DNA of 64,000 nt from an uncultured delta proteobacterium (GCA_963696385.1 CAVOKF010000004.1:224001-288000), one strand, 5' to 3'; counted from the first letter of the stretch, positions 9,937-20,262 are shown. Notes: generated by a model not told the origin, from the sequence alone. Translations and numbers: made by a program.

Positions 9937-10596
9937 ATGGCCCTTTTCATCGACAGCTCCGACCCGAAGGAAATCAAGGACCTCTTCGCATGGGGCGTGC
10001 TTTCGGGGGTCACGACCAACCCGCTCATCATCGCGCGCGAAGCGCCGGACGCGGATCTCGGCGAGCGCATTCGCGAAGTCCTCTCCGTGAGCACGGGCGA
10101 CGTCTCGGTCGAGCTGACGACGGAGACCGAGAACGAGATGTTCGAGGAGTCGCTCGTCTATCACTCCTGGGACACGCAGCGAATCACGATCAAAGTGCCC
10201 TTTAGCGAGACGGGCCTCCGCGTCTTGCACCGATTGGTCAAACGGGGCATCAAAACGAACGTCACCTGCCTCATGGCGATGAACCAGGCCTATTTGGCCG
10301 CTCTCGCCGGCGCGACGTACGTGAGCATTTTCAGCGGTCGCGTACGCGATATGGGCTACGATGTCCGGCCGGTCATCGCCGCGACGCGGGCGGTGCTGGA
10401 TCGCGAAGGTTTGCGGTCGCTCATTATCGTCGGATCGGTACGGCACGTCATGGACGTCAACGAGGCGCTCGAGGCCGGCGCTCACGTGCCGACGGTAACG
10501 CCCCAGGTCATCCGCAAGATGGTGTGGAACCCGCGCACGATCGAAACGATCGCGGAATTCAACAACGCCTGGCGAGGTCGATCCAAGACCCGATAG
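9937..10596 (+). CDS. Transaldolase (short TalC/FSA family)
   Basis: FIDS, GVTTNP, SVE, IKVP, NVT, YVSIFSGR and GSVR. Confidence 0.88.
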   Translation: MALFIDSSDPKEIKDLFAWGVLSGVTTNPLIIAREAPDADLGERIREVLSVSTGDVSVELTTETENEMFEESLVYHSWDTQRITIKVPFSETGLRVLHRLVKRGIKTNVTCLMAMNQAYLAALAGATYVSIFSGRVRDMGYDVRPVIAATRAVLDREGLRSLIIVGSVRHVMDVNEALEAGAHVPTVTPQVIRKMVWNPRTIETIAEFNNAWRGRSKTR

Positions 10597-10612
10597 GGGC
10601 CGACGCATCGGC

Positions 10613-13600
10613 TCACTTGCCCACCAGCACGTCGCGGGTCACGAGAGCGTCGGCGCTCTGCACGAAGGTCTGCCATCGCACGTATTCGTCGCCCGGTTGG
10701 ACTCGGCCGGAAGGCATGTCGATGACCCGATCGAAGTCGATCGCGTGTCCTCGGACGGCATCGTTGACGACCACGAACGCGTCGCCGTCGCGCCGCTCGG
10801 CGTGCGGAAGACCCGGGGGCAGCGTGGTGGATTGGGGCATCACGACGCGCACGCGGATCTCCGCGCGCCAGGACGTGCGACGCAGAAGTGCAGTCCGGCG
10901 AGTGGGCAACGCGGCGAGCTGCGCCAAAGGCGGCGCGAACGGCGGATGCACGGCGAGCCCCCCCGGCACCCGTTTGGCCAGTTCCGGCACGTCGACGCGC
11001 ACGTGCAATACAAGGGGCTTATCGAGGTCGGATGCCCCGACGGCCTTCAAGTCGCGCACGTGCGCGCCGTCGAACGAGGGCGCGATCACCTCGCGTTCGA
11101 CGAAGTCGTTGATCTTGGACTGGGGGACTTGATCGAGCGCCGTCCGCCACGCGATCGCGCGGTTTCCGTCGAACGTCAGGGTGAGATCCAAGACGGCCGA
11201 ACCGTCGTCGTGCACGTCGGCGCGTCCCTCGTAAGCGACGCGATCCGCGGCGGCGGGGGCACGCACGACGTCGCGCGGCGTACCGGCGACCAGTCGAATC
11301 GCCGTTTGATCGCGCCACTCGGCCGGGATGTAACCGAATGGAGCGAACTTGTCGCGCACCGTCATCCAACGTAGTCCTCGATCGGTCGTCAACCGCATGA
11401 CGAGCGCCTCGTACTGTTCGATTTCGCTCATGGGCCCCAGAGGCGGCATGGCCAGTCGACTTTTGACGAGTGCGAGCTCGCTGTCGATCCCGGCCATGCG
11501 GAGCAAATAGCGAAACGCGGCTTGCCGCGCGCCACTGCGCCCGGTCAGCACGCGCCGCCCGTCGGTTTCCTTTCCGTCCTGCACATGATCGAGCACCCAT
11601 CGGTAGAGTCGGCGCGCACGTTCGTCGCTCGCCCCCGGAGACATCCCCGCAACGATTTGCTGCTCGAGCGCGCGAAGCCGCGGATCGATCGGGGTCGGGT
11701 CGCCCACGAGGTCGACCAGGCGCGAAGCCGTCGCGTCAAGCGTCACGCCCCACCCGACGCGCACGCTCGGCAAGAACTCGGTCATCGGCGGACCGTCCGG
11801 CTCGATTTCAGCGGGAGGACTCAGGTCCACGCGCCATCGGTGCTCGACGAAGGTCCCGATCGGCACGACGTCCGGCGCGGGAACATTGCCGCGCGATTCG
11901 ACGTCGAGGTGTCGATCGGAGGGGGTGACGACCACGAACTCGCTCTGCCAGTACCCCTTGTCGGCCTCGCGAAAGAACCACTGCGGGCTTTGGTATTGGC
12001 GGCCTCGCGCACCGTCGCCCGCTTGCGAAGTGATGTGCTCGACCTCGATGAAGTCGCCGACCTCGACGTGCGGCAGGGTCAGCGTGGGCTTGCCCGCAAC
12101 CGGCTCGGGCTCGAACACGCGGCCATCTGGTTTGATGACCCTCAGGTGCAACACCAACCCCGTGGGCGACTCGGTCTCGGATTCCGCTTGGATCGCTTCC
12201 TGCGATTGGATCTTCTGGATCTCGTGTTCCAGCATCTCGCTGGAACCATCGTCGTGGACCCAGATCGCCGAGTAGTCGAGAACACGAGCGGCCGTGCCCT
12301 CGAGATGGTGACCCGCCCGCTCCCAGCGCTGGAAGGCAAGGACAATTGCGCGGCCATCCTGTCGAAACGGCTCGAGATCGGTCTTGCCTTCCACCAGGTC
12401 AATCGCCGCACGGATCTCTTCGGCGTTGGCGTTCGCCTGAAGCGCCGCCGCCAGGGCGCGGCGAAGTGCACCCGTATCGCCGCTCGCGTACTCGCGATCG
12501 GCCAGCCGAAAGCGAGCTTGCACGTCGCCCGGATGCTTGGCGAGTGCCTTGCCGAGTTGATCGGCCGCATCGCCCACGTTGCCGGAACGGGCGAGTACGT
12601 CGGCCAGCCGGTTTGCGATGTCCTTGCGATCCGGACGACGCGCCGCGAGCCGCTTCAGCTCGGCGATCGCGGCACTGTAATCGTGCCGCGCCAGCGCGCG
12701 ATCGATGGCCACCTGCGTGTCGGGCTCGAGGTCTTTGATGCGCGCGGCGACCTTGTCGGCGTCCCCCGCCGGACCGTTCTCGTCGAGAACGTCCAAGTAC
12801 GCATGGAGCGCGCCGACGTCGTCGGGAAACCGCCGCGTCAGATCCTCGAGTGCCCGCTGCTGGGCATCGCGCCAGCCCAGACGCGCGAAGACCTGGGCGA
12901 GCTGCTCGAGGGCCTCCGGCTCGTTCGGAACCTCTGCGACCAGCGTCCGAAGGCCTTCCACGGCGTCGGCCAGTCCGTGCTGTTCCGCCGCGTCGAGATC
13001 CGCGGCCAGACGAGCACGCCACAAGTGTGGGTCGCGAGCGAGCGCGCGGTCTCGAAGCGCACGCGCGCGCACGGATCGCGCATCCGGCGACCACGCCGGA
13101 TCTCCGGTCGCGAACATTGCGGCCATCTGCAGCGCGAGACCTGCCGCATCGGCCGGCTCTGCGAACGGCGCGATCAGGGTGGAGGCGACGTCGTCCATTT
13201 GATCGGCATGCGCCGCGTACGCCGCGAGCCATGCGTCGATCGGCGAGCGGATGGGCACGGTCGCTCCGGACGCGGCGGCGCGAACGGCCGCGTCGATCGG
13301 ATTCGGATCCGAGAGCACCGTCGGCGGCTTGACCTCGAACCCCGGACCCGCGTCGCCATCGGTCTCGAGCGCCGCGGCGGTTCCGTCCGGATTGAGCAGC
13401 CGCACGCTCGCAGCCGGTGTGACGGTTCGAGCGAGCACGCGGTGGCGCCCCTCGCCCACGAGCACGTGCGCGCCGAATCGCTGCCAGGACCCCCAATCGT
13501 CGGTGGCGCGCGAAAGCACGCGCGTGCCGTCGATCCACACGGCCACGGCGCCCTGAACGGAGACGAGCAGGTCGCGGTCGCCTTGCGTCTTGAAGTAGGC

Positions 13601-14413
13601 CTCGACGTAAAATACGCCCTCCGGCACTTGCTCGTCGGCCACGGCAAGGCAACGAGTCTGCGTCACGGCAAGGACTCGCGGAACGCTGCCGCGAACGGGG
13701 TCGGGGGGCCATGCCGCAGGCCAAGGCATCGCGTCTTCGGGCGCGAACGAGCGCGCCGCGTCGGGCACGACCCCATGGCCGAACGGTCCAGCGATCCGGA
13801 TCCCGCGGGCACAACCCATGCGGCGGACCACGTCGTCGTCGTACTCGGCGCCCGTTCTCTCGGCCTTGTCGTAGACTTCGATCGCTCGCCATTCTTCGAG
13901 GTCCGCGACGGCCCTCCAGCCGATATGGCCCGGCTGCGCGAGCAGCGCGTCGAACGCCGGCCGGTGCTCGGCAAACAGGTTGGCGACCGAATCGCGCAGC
14001 TGCATGAGATGACGCACGGCGAACCACGCGACGAGCGCCGCCTGCGAATCCATGCTGGCGGCCGTGGCGCGCAGCGCGCTCAAGTAGCCTTGCGCCGCGG
14101 AACGCGGATCGCCGTGCTCGTCGTCGAACACCGCGCGAGCCAGACTCGCCCACATGCCGTCGTGCGAGAGACCGTCGAGGCGGTGACGCGCAACCCGAGC
14201 CTGCTCGGCGCTTCCGCCCGGCGCCAGCATTTCGGACAAACCCCAGAGGCCGACGACTTCCGAGTCGATCGCGGTGCGCCCCGCGGGTCGGACGTCGCTC
14301 ACGAGAACCAAGGCGGGCCGGAGCGGCGGCCCACTGCACCCAACGGCCAACGCGACCGCCACGCTCACCAGCGCTCCCGCGAGACACCTGCCGGTCAACC
14401 CATCGCGCTTCAT
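10613..14413 (-). CDS. Large lipoprotein with TPR, DUF3857-like and degenerate transglutaminase-like domains
   Basis: ATG at 14413 and lipobox ALAVGC; AGPFG beta-domain; TPR-like helices; LHLRVIKPDG..LPHVEVGD.IE. No GDC catalytic motif. Confidence 0.75.
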   Translation of the reverse strand: MKRDGLTGRCLAGALVSVAVALAVGCSGPPLRPALVLVSDVRPAGRTAIDSEVVGLWGLSEMLAPGGSAEQARVARHRLDGLSHDGMWASLARAVFDDEHGDPRSAAQGYLSALRATAASMDSQAALVAWFAVRHLMQLRDSVANLFAEHRPAFDALLAQPGHIGWRAVADLEEWRAIEVYDKAERTGAEYDDDVVRRMGCARGIRIAGPFGHGVVPDAARSFAPEDAMPWPAAWPPDPVRGSVPRVLAVTQTRCLAVADEQVPEGVFYVEAYFKTQGDRDLLVSVQGAVAVWIDGTRVLSRATDDWGSWQRFGAHVLVGEGRHRVLARTVTPAASVRLLNPDGTAAALETDGDAGPGFEVKPPTVLSDPNPIDAAVRAAASGATVPIRSPIDAWLAAYAAHADQMDDVASTLIAPFAEPADAAGLALQMAAMFATGDPAWSPDARSVRARALRDRALARDPHLWRARLAADLDAAEQHGLADAVEGLRTLVAEVPNEPEALEQLAQVFARLGWRDAQQRALEDLTRRFPDDVGALHAYLDVLDENGPAGDADKVAARIKDLEPDTQVAIDRALARHDYSAAIAELKRLAARRPDRKDIANRLADVLARSGNVGDAADQLGKALAKHPGDVQARFRLADREYASGDTGALRRALAAALQANANAEEIRAAIDLVEGKTDLEPFRQDGRAIVLAFQRWERAGHHLEGTAARVLDYSAIWVHDDGSSEMLEHEIQKIQSQEAIQAESETESPTGLVLHLRVIKPDGRVFEPEPVAGKPTLTLPHVEVGDFIEVEHITSQAGDGARGRQYQSPQWFFREADKGYWQSEFVVVTPSDRHLDVESRGNVPAPDVVPIGTFVEHRWRVDLSPPAEIEPDGPPMTEFLPSVRVGWGVTLDATASRLVDLVGDPTPIDPRLRALEQQIVAGMSPGASDERARRLYRWVLDHVQDGKETDGRRVLTGRSGARQAAFRYLLRMAGIDSELALVKSRLAMPPLGPMSEIEQYEALVMRLTTDRGLRWMTVRDKFAPFGYIPAEWRDQTAIRLVAGTPRDVVRAPAAADRVAYEGRADVHDDGSAVLDLTLTFDGNRAIAWRTALDQVPQSKINDFVEREVIAPSFDGAHVRDLKAVGASDLDKPLVLHVRVDVPELAKRVPGGLAVHPPFAPPLAQLAALPTRRTALLRRTSWRAEIRVRVVMPQSTTLPPGLPHAERRDGDAFVVVNDAVRGHAIDFDRVIDMPSGRVQPGDEYVRWQTFVQSADALVTRDVLVGK

Positions 14414-17400
14414 CGGAGTTCGACCGTGGCCCGCTGACCCAATGCGCGGTCCACCTCTTCGCACCACGCGCGAAAGGCGGCGTAGTCGCGTGCCGCCACT
14501 CGCGTGCTCGTCAACGCCACGGACGTCTTGACCCGGATGAGGCCCGCGGCCGTCTCGACGCCCACCTCGTACGACCCGAAGGGGCTCGACGCTTTCGCCG
14601 GCGCCGGGGCGCTGCGGATCTTCGCCCCCGAAGGCAGTCGGACCGTCCAGTCGTCTTCGGTGGTCCACTGCGCATGCAGGCGCAGGTCGAGCTTGCGCGT
14701 CGTGAGCGACGCGAAGTCGCGAACCATGTGCTCTCGCCGCCCGACGGGAATGGTCACGGCATCGCCTTCCGGGCGCGAAAATTGTGGGGCTCGTCCGTGG
14801 ACACGCATCCGGATCGGCTTTTCGACGTCCTCGAAATTGCCTGCTTCGACGGCGGTCACTTCGGTCGCCGGTAGGATCGCGCCGAGCATTTGCTGGATGC
14901 GCGCCTTGCGCGTCGACTCGGCGTGAAACCGAACTCTCCACTGCGAAGCCTCGACGCCCGTCACGTCCGCGCGCCAATCGAGATCGGCGGATCCACCGAC
15001 TCCGAGCGTCACCTCGACTTTGTAGGAAGTGACGCTCGCGCTCGCGGGCGGATCCGGCAGGCGCACGAGGTTCGCGTGCCCTTCGTCGACCCGGAGCGCA
15101 ATCGCGCCGCGATCCATGGCGGGCAGCTCGACCGAGCCCGTATATTCGGCCGTACCGTCGAGATACAAGTTCAGTGAGGGCACGTACGCGATCATGTGGT
15201 CGAACGGTGCGAGGCTCGCGGGGGCGGTCTCGATGTCGCCCTTGTTCGCCGTGCGTACGACCACGGGTACGGCCTTGATGCCCAGAACGTCGAGCATGGT
15301 GACGATGAGAGTGGCCTTGTCTTTGCAGTCGCCGAACCCGCGCGCGAAGATCTGTGCGCTCCGGTAGGGTTTGTAGCCGTGAATGCCGAATTCCAGGGCC
15401 ACGTAACGCGTCTTTTGCACTACGTAGTCGTAAATGGCGCGCACCCTTGCCGCATCGTCTTTGAGCCCGCGGGTCAGCGCCTCGGCCCTCAACCGCACCT
15501 CGTCGTCCGGAATGAATTGATCTTTGACGAGTCCCCAGTACCAGCGTCCCATCTCGTCCCAGGTCTTGTACGTCGACACGTTCACGTGCCCGAGGACCTC
15601 GGCCCAGGCAGGTTGGAAGGGCTCTTGCTCCACGGCCGGGACGTCGAGCGCGACGAATCGATCGATGCGTTGATCGCCGAAGGCCTCCACGGAGTGTCGG
15701 ATCCCCGGAACCGCAGGGTCGTTGAAGTAAAACGTTCGTGACGCCGGGGTGATGAGAACGTACTCGGCCCGCGCGATCGGTTCCGCCCCTTGGAGGTACA
15801 CCACTTCACCGAAGTAGTCCGCGAACGCGTTGCGCGGTGCGACGTCTTCGACGCGGTATTGCAGCTCGACCACGTCGCCCGGCTCGAGGCGGGGAAAGCC
15901 GACGTGGAAGCTTCGGGTGCTGGTGTAGATCGCGAGTTCCGGGTCGTCGGCCATGCCTCCGGGGCCGCTCTCGACGGCCGTATCGACGCGACCGTCCTTT
16001 CGGTACACCCGCGCCGCGCGGATCTGAGCCGTCTGGCTGTCCGCCTCGTACGTGAATTCGTATTCGCGCGATTGCGCTGCCGCCGCCTCGGTCAGCGGCT
16101 GATAGACCACCTGATGGAATCGACTGGCGAGGCCATTCGGAAATACCGTCGTGACGCTCAGGTCGAGCAGCGATCGGCGTCCTCGGCCGGCCGCGTCCCG
16201 GTCCCGGTTGGCCAAGAACTCGGCCGCAGGTCGTGCGAACCGCTCGTCGGGCCGCGAGGTGGGGGGCCCGATGTGCGCGACCTGATCGCGGACATCCTTG
16301 GCCTGCGGCATCAGTTCGAGAACGCGGGTCAACAGCGCGAGCTCCTCGTCGCGCTCGCCTTGCACGCCGTAGACCGCGGCGAGCTGACGCATCACGTCGG
16401 TGTCGTCGGGTGAAATCTCGAGAGCGCTCCGATACGCGGCGATGGCGCGCGCGCGATCCCCCAGCCGCATCCAGGCCCCAGCCGCCGTGGCGAAACCTGC
16501 GGTGCTGCCCGGGTTCGTCGCCAGCAAGCGTTCGATCCAGTGGGCCGCGGCCGGCGCATCGCGGCGCGAGACGGCCACGTCGATTCGCGCCCGCAGGAGC
16601 GTGGGGTCGTCGAATCGTAGCGCGGCATAGCGATCGGCCGCCTCGTCGGCCTCCAACTCGCGGCCCTCTTGGCGCAACGCGGCGACGCTCGCGCGAAGAA
16701 GTCCGACGCTTCGGGGCCGCCGCGCCAGCGCCTTCTGGATGAGAGCGAGCGCCGTATCGTGGAGGCCGGCATCCTCGTAGAGGTCCGCCTTGGCAAGTAT
16801 CGCCGGCAGGTTGTCCGAGTCGAGCGCAAGAACGCGCTCGTAGTACGGTACCGAGTCTCGGGCGTTGACCCCGGCACGCAAGTAATTCGCGCGCGCCAGA
16901 AGGACCTCGATCGACTCCTGCCTGGAAGCGTGTCCCGCCGCGGCCAAGGCCTCGGCCCGATCGATCCAGGTGGCGCGCTGATTGCGACTTTCGGCGACTT
17001 CCCCCGCGAGCAAAAGCCGCTCAATGGTGGGCGACTTCTCCGCCGCTTTTCGGGCGAGCTCGCGCGCCCGGTGCTCGGTGGGGTCGTCGGCACCGGTCGT
17101 CTCCAAATAGCGGGCATATCCCTCGAGGACCGCGGGGTCGCCCGTCTGGACGAGTCGCTCGAAACTTTGAACCGGACCCTGTACCCCGCCGGAGACTCGC
17201 GCCTCGTCGCCGCCCGCAACCGCCGCGTCCTCCGGACTCGCGTGGCGCGGGTCGGGATCGACCTCGAGACGATCGTCGGGCGCGCCATCGAGCCCCGCGA
17301 TCCGGAGCGATAGCATCGGAGGGCGCTCGTCGCCGCAGACTTTGGCCGTTAGGCGGTTCCATCCGGGCCGCGACCCAACGGCAACGGCGAAGCGGTCCGA

Positions 17401-18117
17401 GTCGAGATCGCGGTACTTGTCGTCGGCGAGCACTTCGACTCCGTTCCACCAAAGCCGCTCGGCTCCGGCCGCTCCCGTCCAGATCGAAACGGGTCGAGAC
17501 GAATGGGCGCTCAACCGCGCGTCGTGCACGAACGTCGTCGCGTAAACGCACGCGTGGTCGGCGGCGCTCAGAAACGCGCCGAAGTCGACCCAGGCGAACG
17601 GAGAGACGGGAGGCAGCAGGCGCCAGCGCCGGAGGCGGTGATCCTTGCCCTCGTAATCGCGCATGAGATTGAGCGGCTGGGACGGCTCGGACTCCGGTTC
17701 GTAGCGAGTCGTGAAACCCGCCTTCCCGTCGTTGTCGAACGGGCCGAGCAAGATCCATCGATCGATGTATCCGAGCCGTGCAATCCGCGCGCGAGCCCCG
17801 TCCAGATCGCCGCGCCGCCGGCGGGCGTACGCTTGCAAGAGAGCCGCGTACGCGCGCACCGCCGGCGGCTCGCGATCGTCGATGGCGACTTCTCGCAAGA
17901 CCTCTTCGACTGCCGCGGGGTCGGCCGCGTCCCACTCCGCCCAGACCTTACGAAGCGCCACGTAGGCAAGAGGACCTCGCGCCGAGAGCACTTCGGCGTG
18001 GGTGGCCGACAGACGTCCCGGTACGTCCGAGGAATCGCCGCGGGCCGACGGCGCGGGGAGGCCCAAGGCGACGGATGAGACCACCCACGCGAAGACGACC
18101 AAGCGAAGCAATTTCAC
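14410..18117 (-). CDS. Large secreted TPR + DUF3857 + transglutaminase-like protein
   Basis: Signal peptide; WILLGPFDND; TPRs; FPRLEPGDVVELQY; RYVALEFG..GDCKDKA..FDHMIAY..LDGT. Confidence 0.85.
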   Translation of the reverse strand: MKLLRLVVFAWVVSSVALGLPAPSARGDSSDVPGRLSATHAEVLSARGPLAYVALRKVWAEWDAADPAAVEEVLREVAIDDREPPAVRAYAALLQAYARRRRGDLDGARARIARLGYIDRWILLGPFDNDGKAGFTTRYEPESEPSQPLNLMRDYEGKDHRLRRWRLLPPVSPFAWVDFGAFLSAADHACVYATTFVHDARLSAHSSRPVSIWTGAAGAERLWWNGVEVLADDKYRDLDSDRFAVAVGSRPGWNRLTAKVCGDERPPMLSLRIAGLDGAPDDRLEVDPDPRHASPEDAAVAGGDEARVSGGVQGPVQSFERLVQTGDPAVLEGYARYLETTGADDPTEHRARELARKAAEKSPTIERLLLAGEVAESRNQRATWIDRAEALAAAGHASRQESIEVLLARANYLRAGVNARDSVPYYERVLALDSDNLPAILAKADLYEDAGLHDTALALIQKALARRPRSVGLLRASVAALRQEGRELEADEAADRYAALRFDDPTLLRARIDVAVSRRDAPAAAHWIERLLATNPGSTAGFATAAGAWMRLGDRARAIAAYRSALEISPDDTDVMRQLAAVYGVQGERDEELALLTRVLELMPQAKDVRDQVAHIGPPTSRPDERFARPAAEFLANRDRDAAGRGRRSLLDLSVTTVFPNGLASRFHQVVYQPLTEAAAAQSREYEFTYEADSQTAQIRAARVYRKDGRVDTAVESGPGGMADDPELAIYTSTRSFHVGFPRLEPGDVVELQYRVEDVAPRNAFADYFGEVVYLQGAEPIARAEYVLITPASRTFYFNDPAVPGIRHSVEAFGDQRIDRFVALDVPAVEQEPFQPAWAEVLGHVNVSTYKTWDEMGRWYWGLVKDQFIPDDEVRLRAEALTRGLKDDAARVRAIYDYVVQKTRYVALEFGIHGYKPYRSAQIFARGFGDCKDKATLIVTMLDVLGIKAVPVVVRTANKGDIETAPASLAPFDHMIAYVPSLNLYLDGTAEYTGSVELPAMDRGAIALRVDEGHANLVRLPDPPASASVTSYKVEVTLGVGGSADLDWRADVTGVEASQWRVRFHAESTRKARIQQMLGAILPATEVTAVEAGNFEDVEKPIRMRVHGRAPQFSRPEGDAVTIPVGRREHMVRDFASLTTRKLDLRLHAQWTTEDDWTVRLPSGAKIRSAPAPAKASSPFGSYEVGVETAAGLIRVKTSVALTSTRVAARDYAAFRAWCEEVDRALGQRATVELR

Positions 18118-18331
18118 CAGCAGGCCTTGGAGAGCTGACTATTGTTGCGGCGCGCGGTGCGTCGTCAAGCGCGACGGTCCCGCCCCCCCGGGCTCGGCTC
18201 TTCGGCTCGGCGTCAGCGCATGCGTGCCGCACCGGCACCGTTTCCAATGGCAGAGAGTCGCGATCGCGCTATGTGTCAAAACACCCGCCCTCCGCGGCGG
18301 TGCGGACCCGCGCATGCACTCTGCCCACGAG

Positions 18332-19345
18332 ATGACGACCCCTGCCGTAGTCGTGTCGTCCGCTGCGGAAGCCTCGGTCCCCGCCCCACAGAGCTCGGCC
18401 GCCGCCGGACCCGCGCCGAGATACGGCCATCTTCGCGGCCTTGTCAAGACGCTGCGCCCCCATCAGTGGGTCAAGAATCTGTTCGTTCTCGCCCCGATGT
18501 TCTTCCACAAGGACGTATTTCTTTCGACGGCCCAAGGGCCCGCCCTCAACTTGACCGTCACCGGACGGGCACTGGCCGCGACCGGGGTCTTCTGCTTGCT
18601 CGCCGGAGCCATCTATACGATCAACGACCTCGTCGACGTGGACGCGGACCGGATCCACCCGGTCAAGCGCATGCGTCCCATCGCGAGCGGTCAGGTTTCG
18701 GAGCCAATGGCGCGCGGGCTCGCGACCGGGCTCGTCCTCGCGTCGGTCGGCATCGCCTACCTCCTCGCGCCGATGCTCGCGTGGGTGGCCGCGCTCTACC
18801 TCGTCGAGAACCTGGCCTATAGCTTCAAACTGAAGAAGATCGCGTTCATCGACGTGAGCCTCATCGCGGCCGGCTTCGTGTTGCGCGTGCTCGCGGGGGG
18901 CATTGCGACGGACGTGCACGTGTCCGGATACATGCTGGCATGCACCGCGCTGCTGGCGCTTTATTGCGGCTTCGGAAAGCGTCGCCATGAACTCGCCCTC
19001 GAAGGCGCGGGACGGCATCGGGCCTCACTCGAGGCGTATACCCCCCGGTCGCTCAATGGGGCTCTCGCCGTGACGGGGACGGCAACCGCTCTCACGTACG
19101 TCGCCTACACGCTCGACCCGTCGACCCGCGCGGCGTTCAACTCCGAGTACCTCTGGCTCACGGCGCCGTTCACCGTGTTCGGTCTCGTTCGCTTCCTCTA
19201 TCTCGTGAGCGGCCGGGCCGGGCGCGGAGTCCGAGCCGAGTCCCCCACTCAGGAGATGTTGCGCGACGTGCCCTTCGTCCTCAACCTGGTGATCTGGACG
19301 ATGGTGATCGTGGCCGTCGTGTACAAGCTGCGGCCGAGCGCCTGA
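18332..19345 (+). CDS. UbiA-family prenyltransferase (decaprenyl-phosphate phosphoribosyltransferase-like)
   Basis: LRPHQWVKN, YTINDLVDVDADRIHPVKRMRPIASG, YSFKLKK and GKRRHE. Start 18314 or 18332. Confidence 0.88.
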   Translation: MTTPAVVVSSAAEASVPAPQSSAAAGPAPRYGHLRGLVKTLRPHQWVKNLFVLAPMFFHKDVFLSTAQGPALNLTVTGRALAATGVFCLLAGAIYTINDLVDVDADRIHPVKRMRPIASGQVSEPMARGLATGLVLASVGIAYLLAPMLAWVAALYLVENLAYSFKLKKIAFIDVSLIAAGFVLRVLAGGIATDVHVSGYMLACTALLALYCGFGKRRHELALEGAGRHRASLEAYTPRSLNGALAVTGTATALTYVAYTLDPSTRAAFNSEYLWLTAPFTVFGLVRFLYLVSGRAGRGVRAESPTQEMLRDVPFVLNLVIWTMVIVAVVYKLRPSA

Positions 19346-19418
19346 CCACCTCGCGATCTGGACGATGGTGATCGTGGCCGTCGTGTACAAGCTGCGGCCG
19401 GGCGCCTGACCTGCTCGC
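19291..19418 (+). repeat. 64-bp tandem duplication covering the UbiA 3' end and stop codon
   Basis: 19291-19354 and 19355-19418 match at 61/64. Confidence 0.95.
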
Positions 19419-19495
19419 GATCGGGATCGAACCGGGGTCGTCGCCCCACAGCGGAATACTGGACGCCTATCGCGCGCTGAAGCATCGTGCGGAAA

Positions 19496-20236
19496 ATGCG
19501 CGTGGGAGATTCGTCGCTCGCCGCCCGACCCGGCGCCTGGAACGAACTGGCGCTCACGCTTCCCGTATTTTTGACCTACCAGATCGGCGTGGTGTTCCTC
19601 AATGTTCGGAACGCCACGGACATGGTCACCGAACGCTTGCTCCAGGTCTCGCACGGAGACCGACGGGCGTACCTCGAGATCACGGGAGCCGTCGGCCTCG
19701 CGACGATCGCCGTCTTCGCGGCACTCGGACGCGGACAAATGATCCGTTTCGGCAAACTCGTGCAGACCTGCGTCGAGGGCGCCACTTATGCCATGGCCAT
19801 GGGCACCGCATCCTCGTGGGTGGTCGGCAAGTTGTTCGCCGGGCCCCATGCCGCGGTGGTCAACGGGCCCTTGTCCGGCGTGGTGATGTCGCTCGGTGCA
19901 GGATTTTACGAAGAACTGGCGTTCCGTGTCCTCTTGTTCGGGTTGGGCGCGAAACTGCTCGTATGGGCATTCTGCCGTCAACGCGTCGCGTTCGTGCGTG
20001 AAGCACCCCCGCTCGACCTGGGGGCCATGGTCGTCATGTCGATCTGGGCGATCGTCAGTGCCGCGGTGTTCAGCGGCATGCACTACGTCGGGCCGCTCGG
20101 CGATCCGCCCGACGTCCGGTCGTTCGTGGCACGCGCCGTCCTGGGCCTCGCCCTCACGCTCGTCTACAGCACGCGCGGCTTCGCTGCGGCGGTCTGGACG
20201 CACGCGCTCTACGACATCTGGGTGCTCGTCTGCTGA
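19496..20236 (+). CDS. CPBP (Abi/CAAX-type) intramembrane glutamic endopeptidase
   Basis: EELAFR, FSGMHY and HALYD motifs; several TM helices. Confidence 0.88.
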   Translation: MRVGDSSLAARPGAWNELALTLPVFLTYQIGVVFLNVRNATDMVTERLLQVSHGDRRAYLEITGAVGLATIAVFAALGRGQMIRFGKLVQTCVEGATYAMAMGTASSWVVGKLFAGPHAAVVNGPLSGVVMSLGAGFYEELAFRVLLFGLGAKLLVWAFCRQRVAFVREAPPLDLGAMVVMSIWAIVSAAVFSGMHYVGPLGDPPDVRSFVARAVLGLALTLVYSTRGFAAAVWTHALYDIWVLVC

Positions 20237-20262
20237 GCGGTTGCCCCGCGTTGGCCCGACTC

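Noticed and set aside
11522..14437. Long antisense ORFs (11522..14437 +, 23813..26179 +, 33887..37540 -, 46233..48245 -)
   Set aside because: They are shadow frames of real genes in high-GC DNA, with no motifs.
19291..19422. CRISPR array
   Set aside because: Only two adjacent copies, no spacers and no cas genes.
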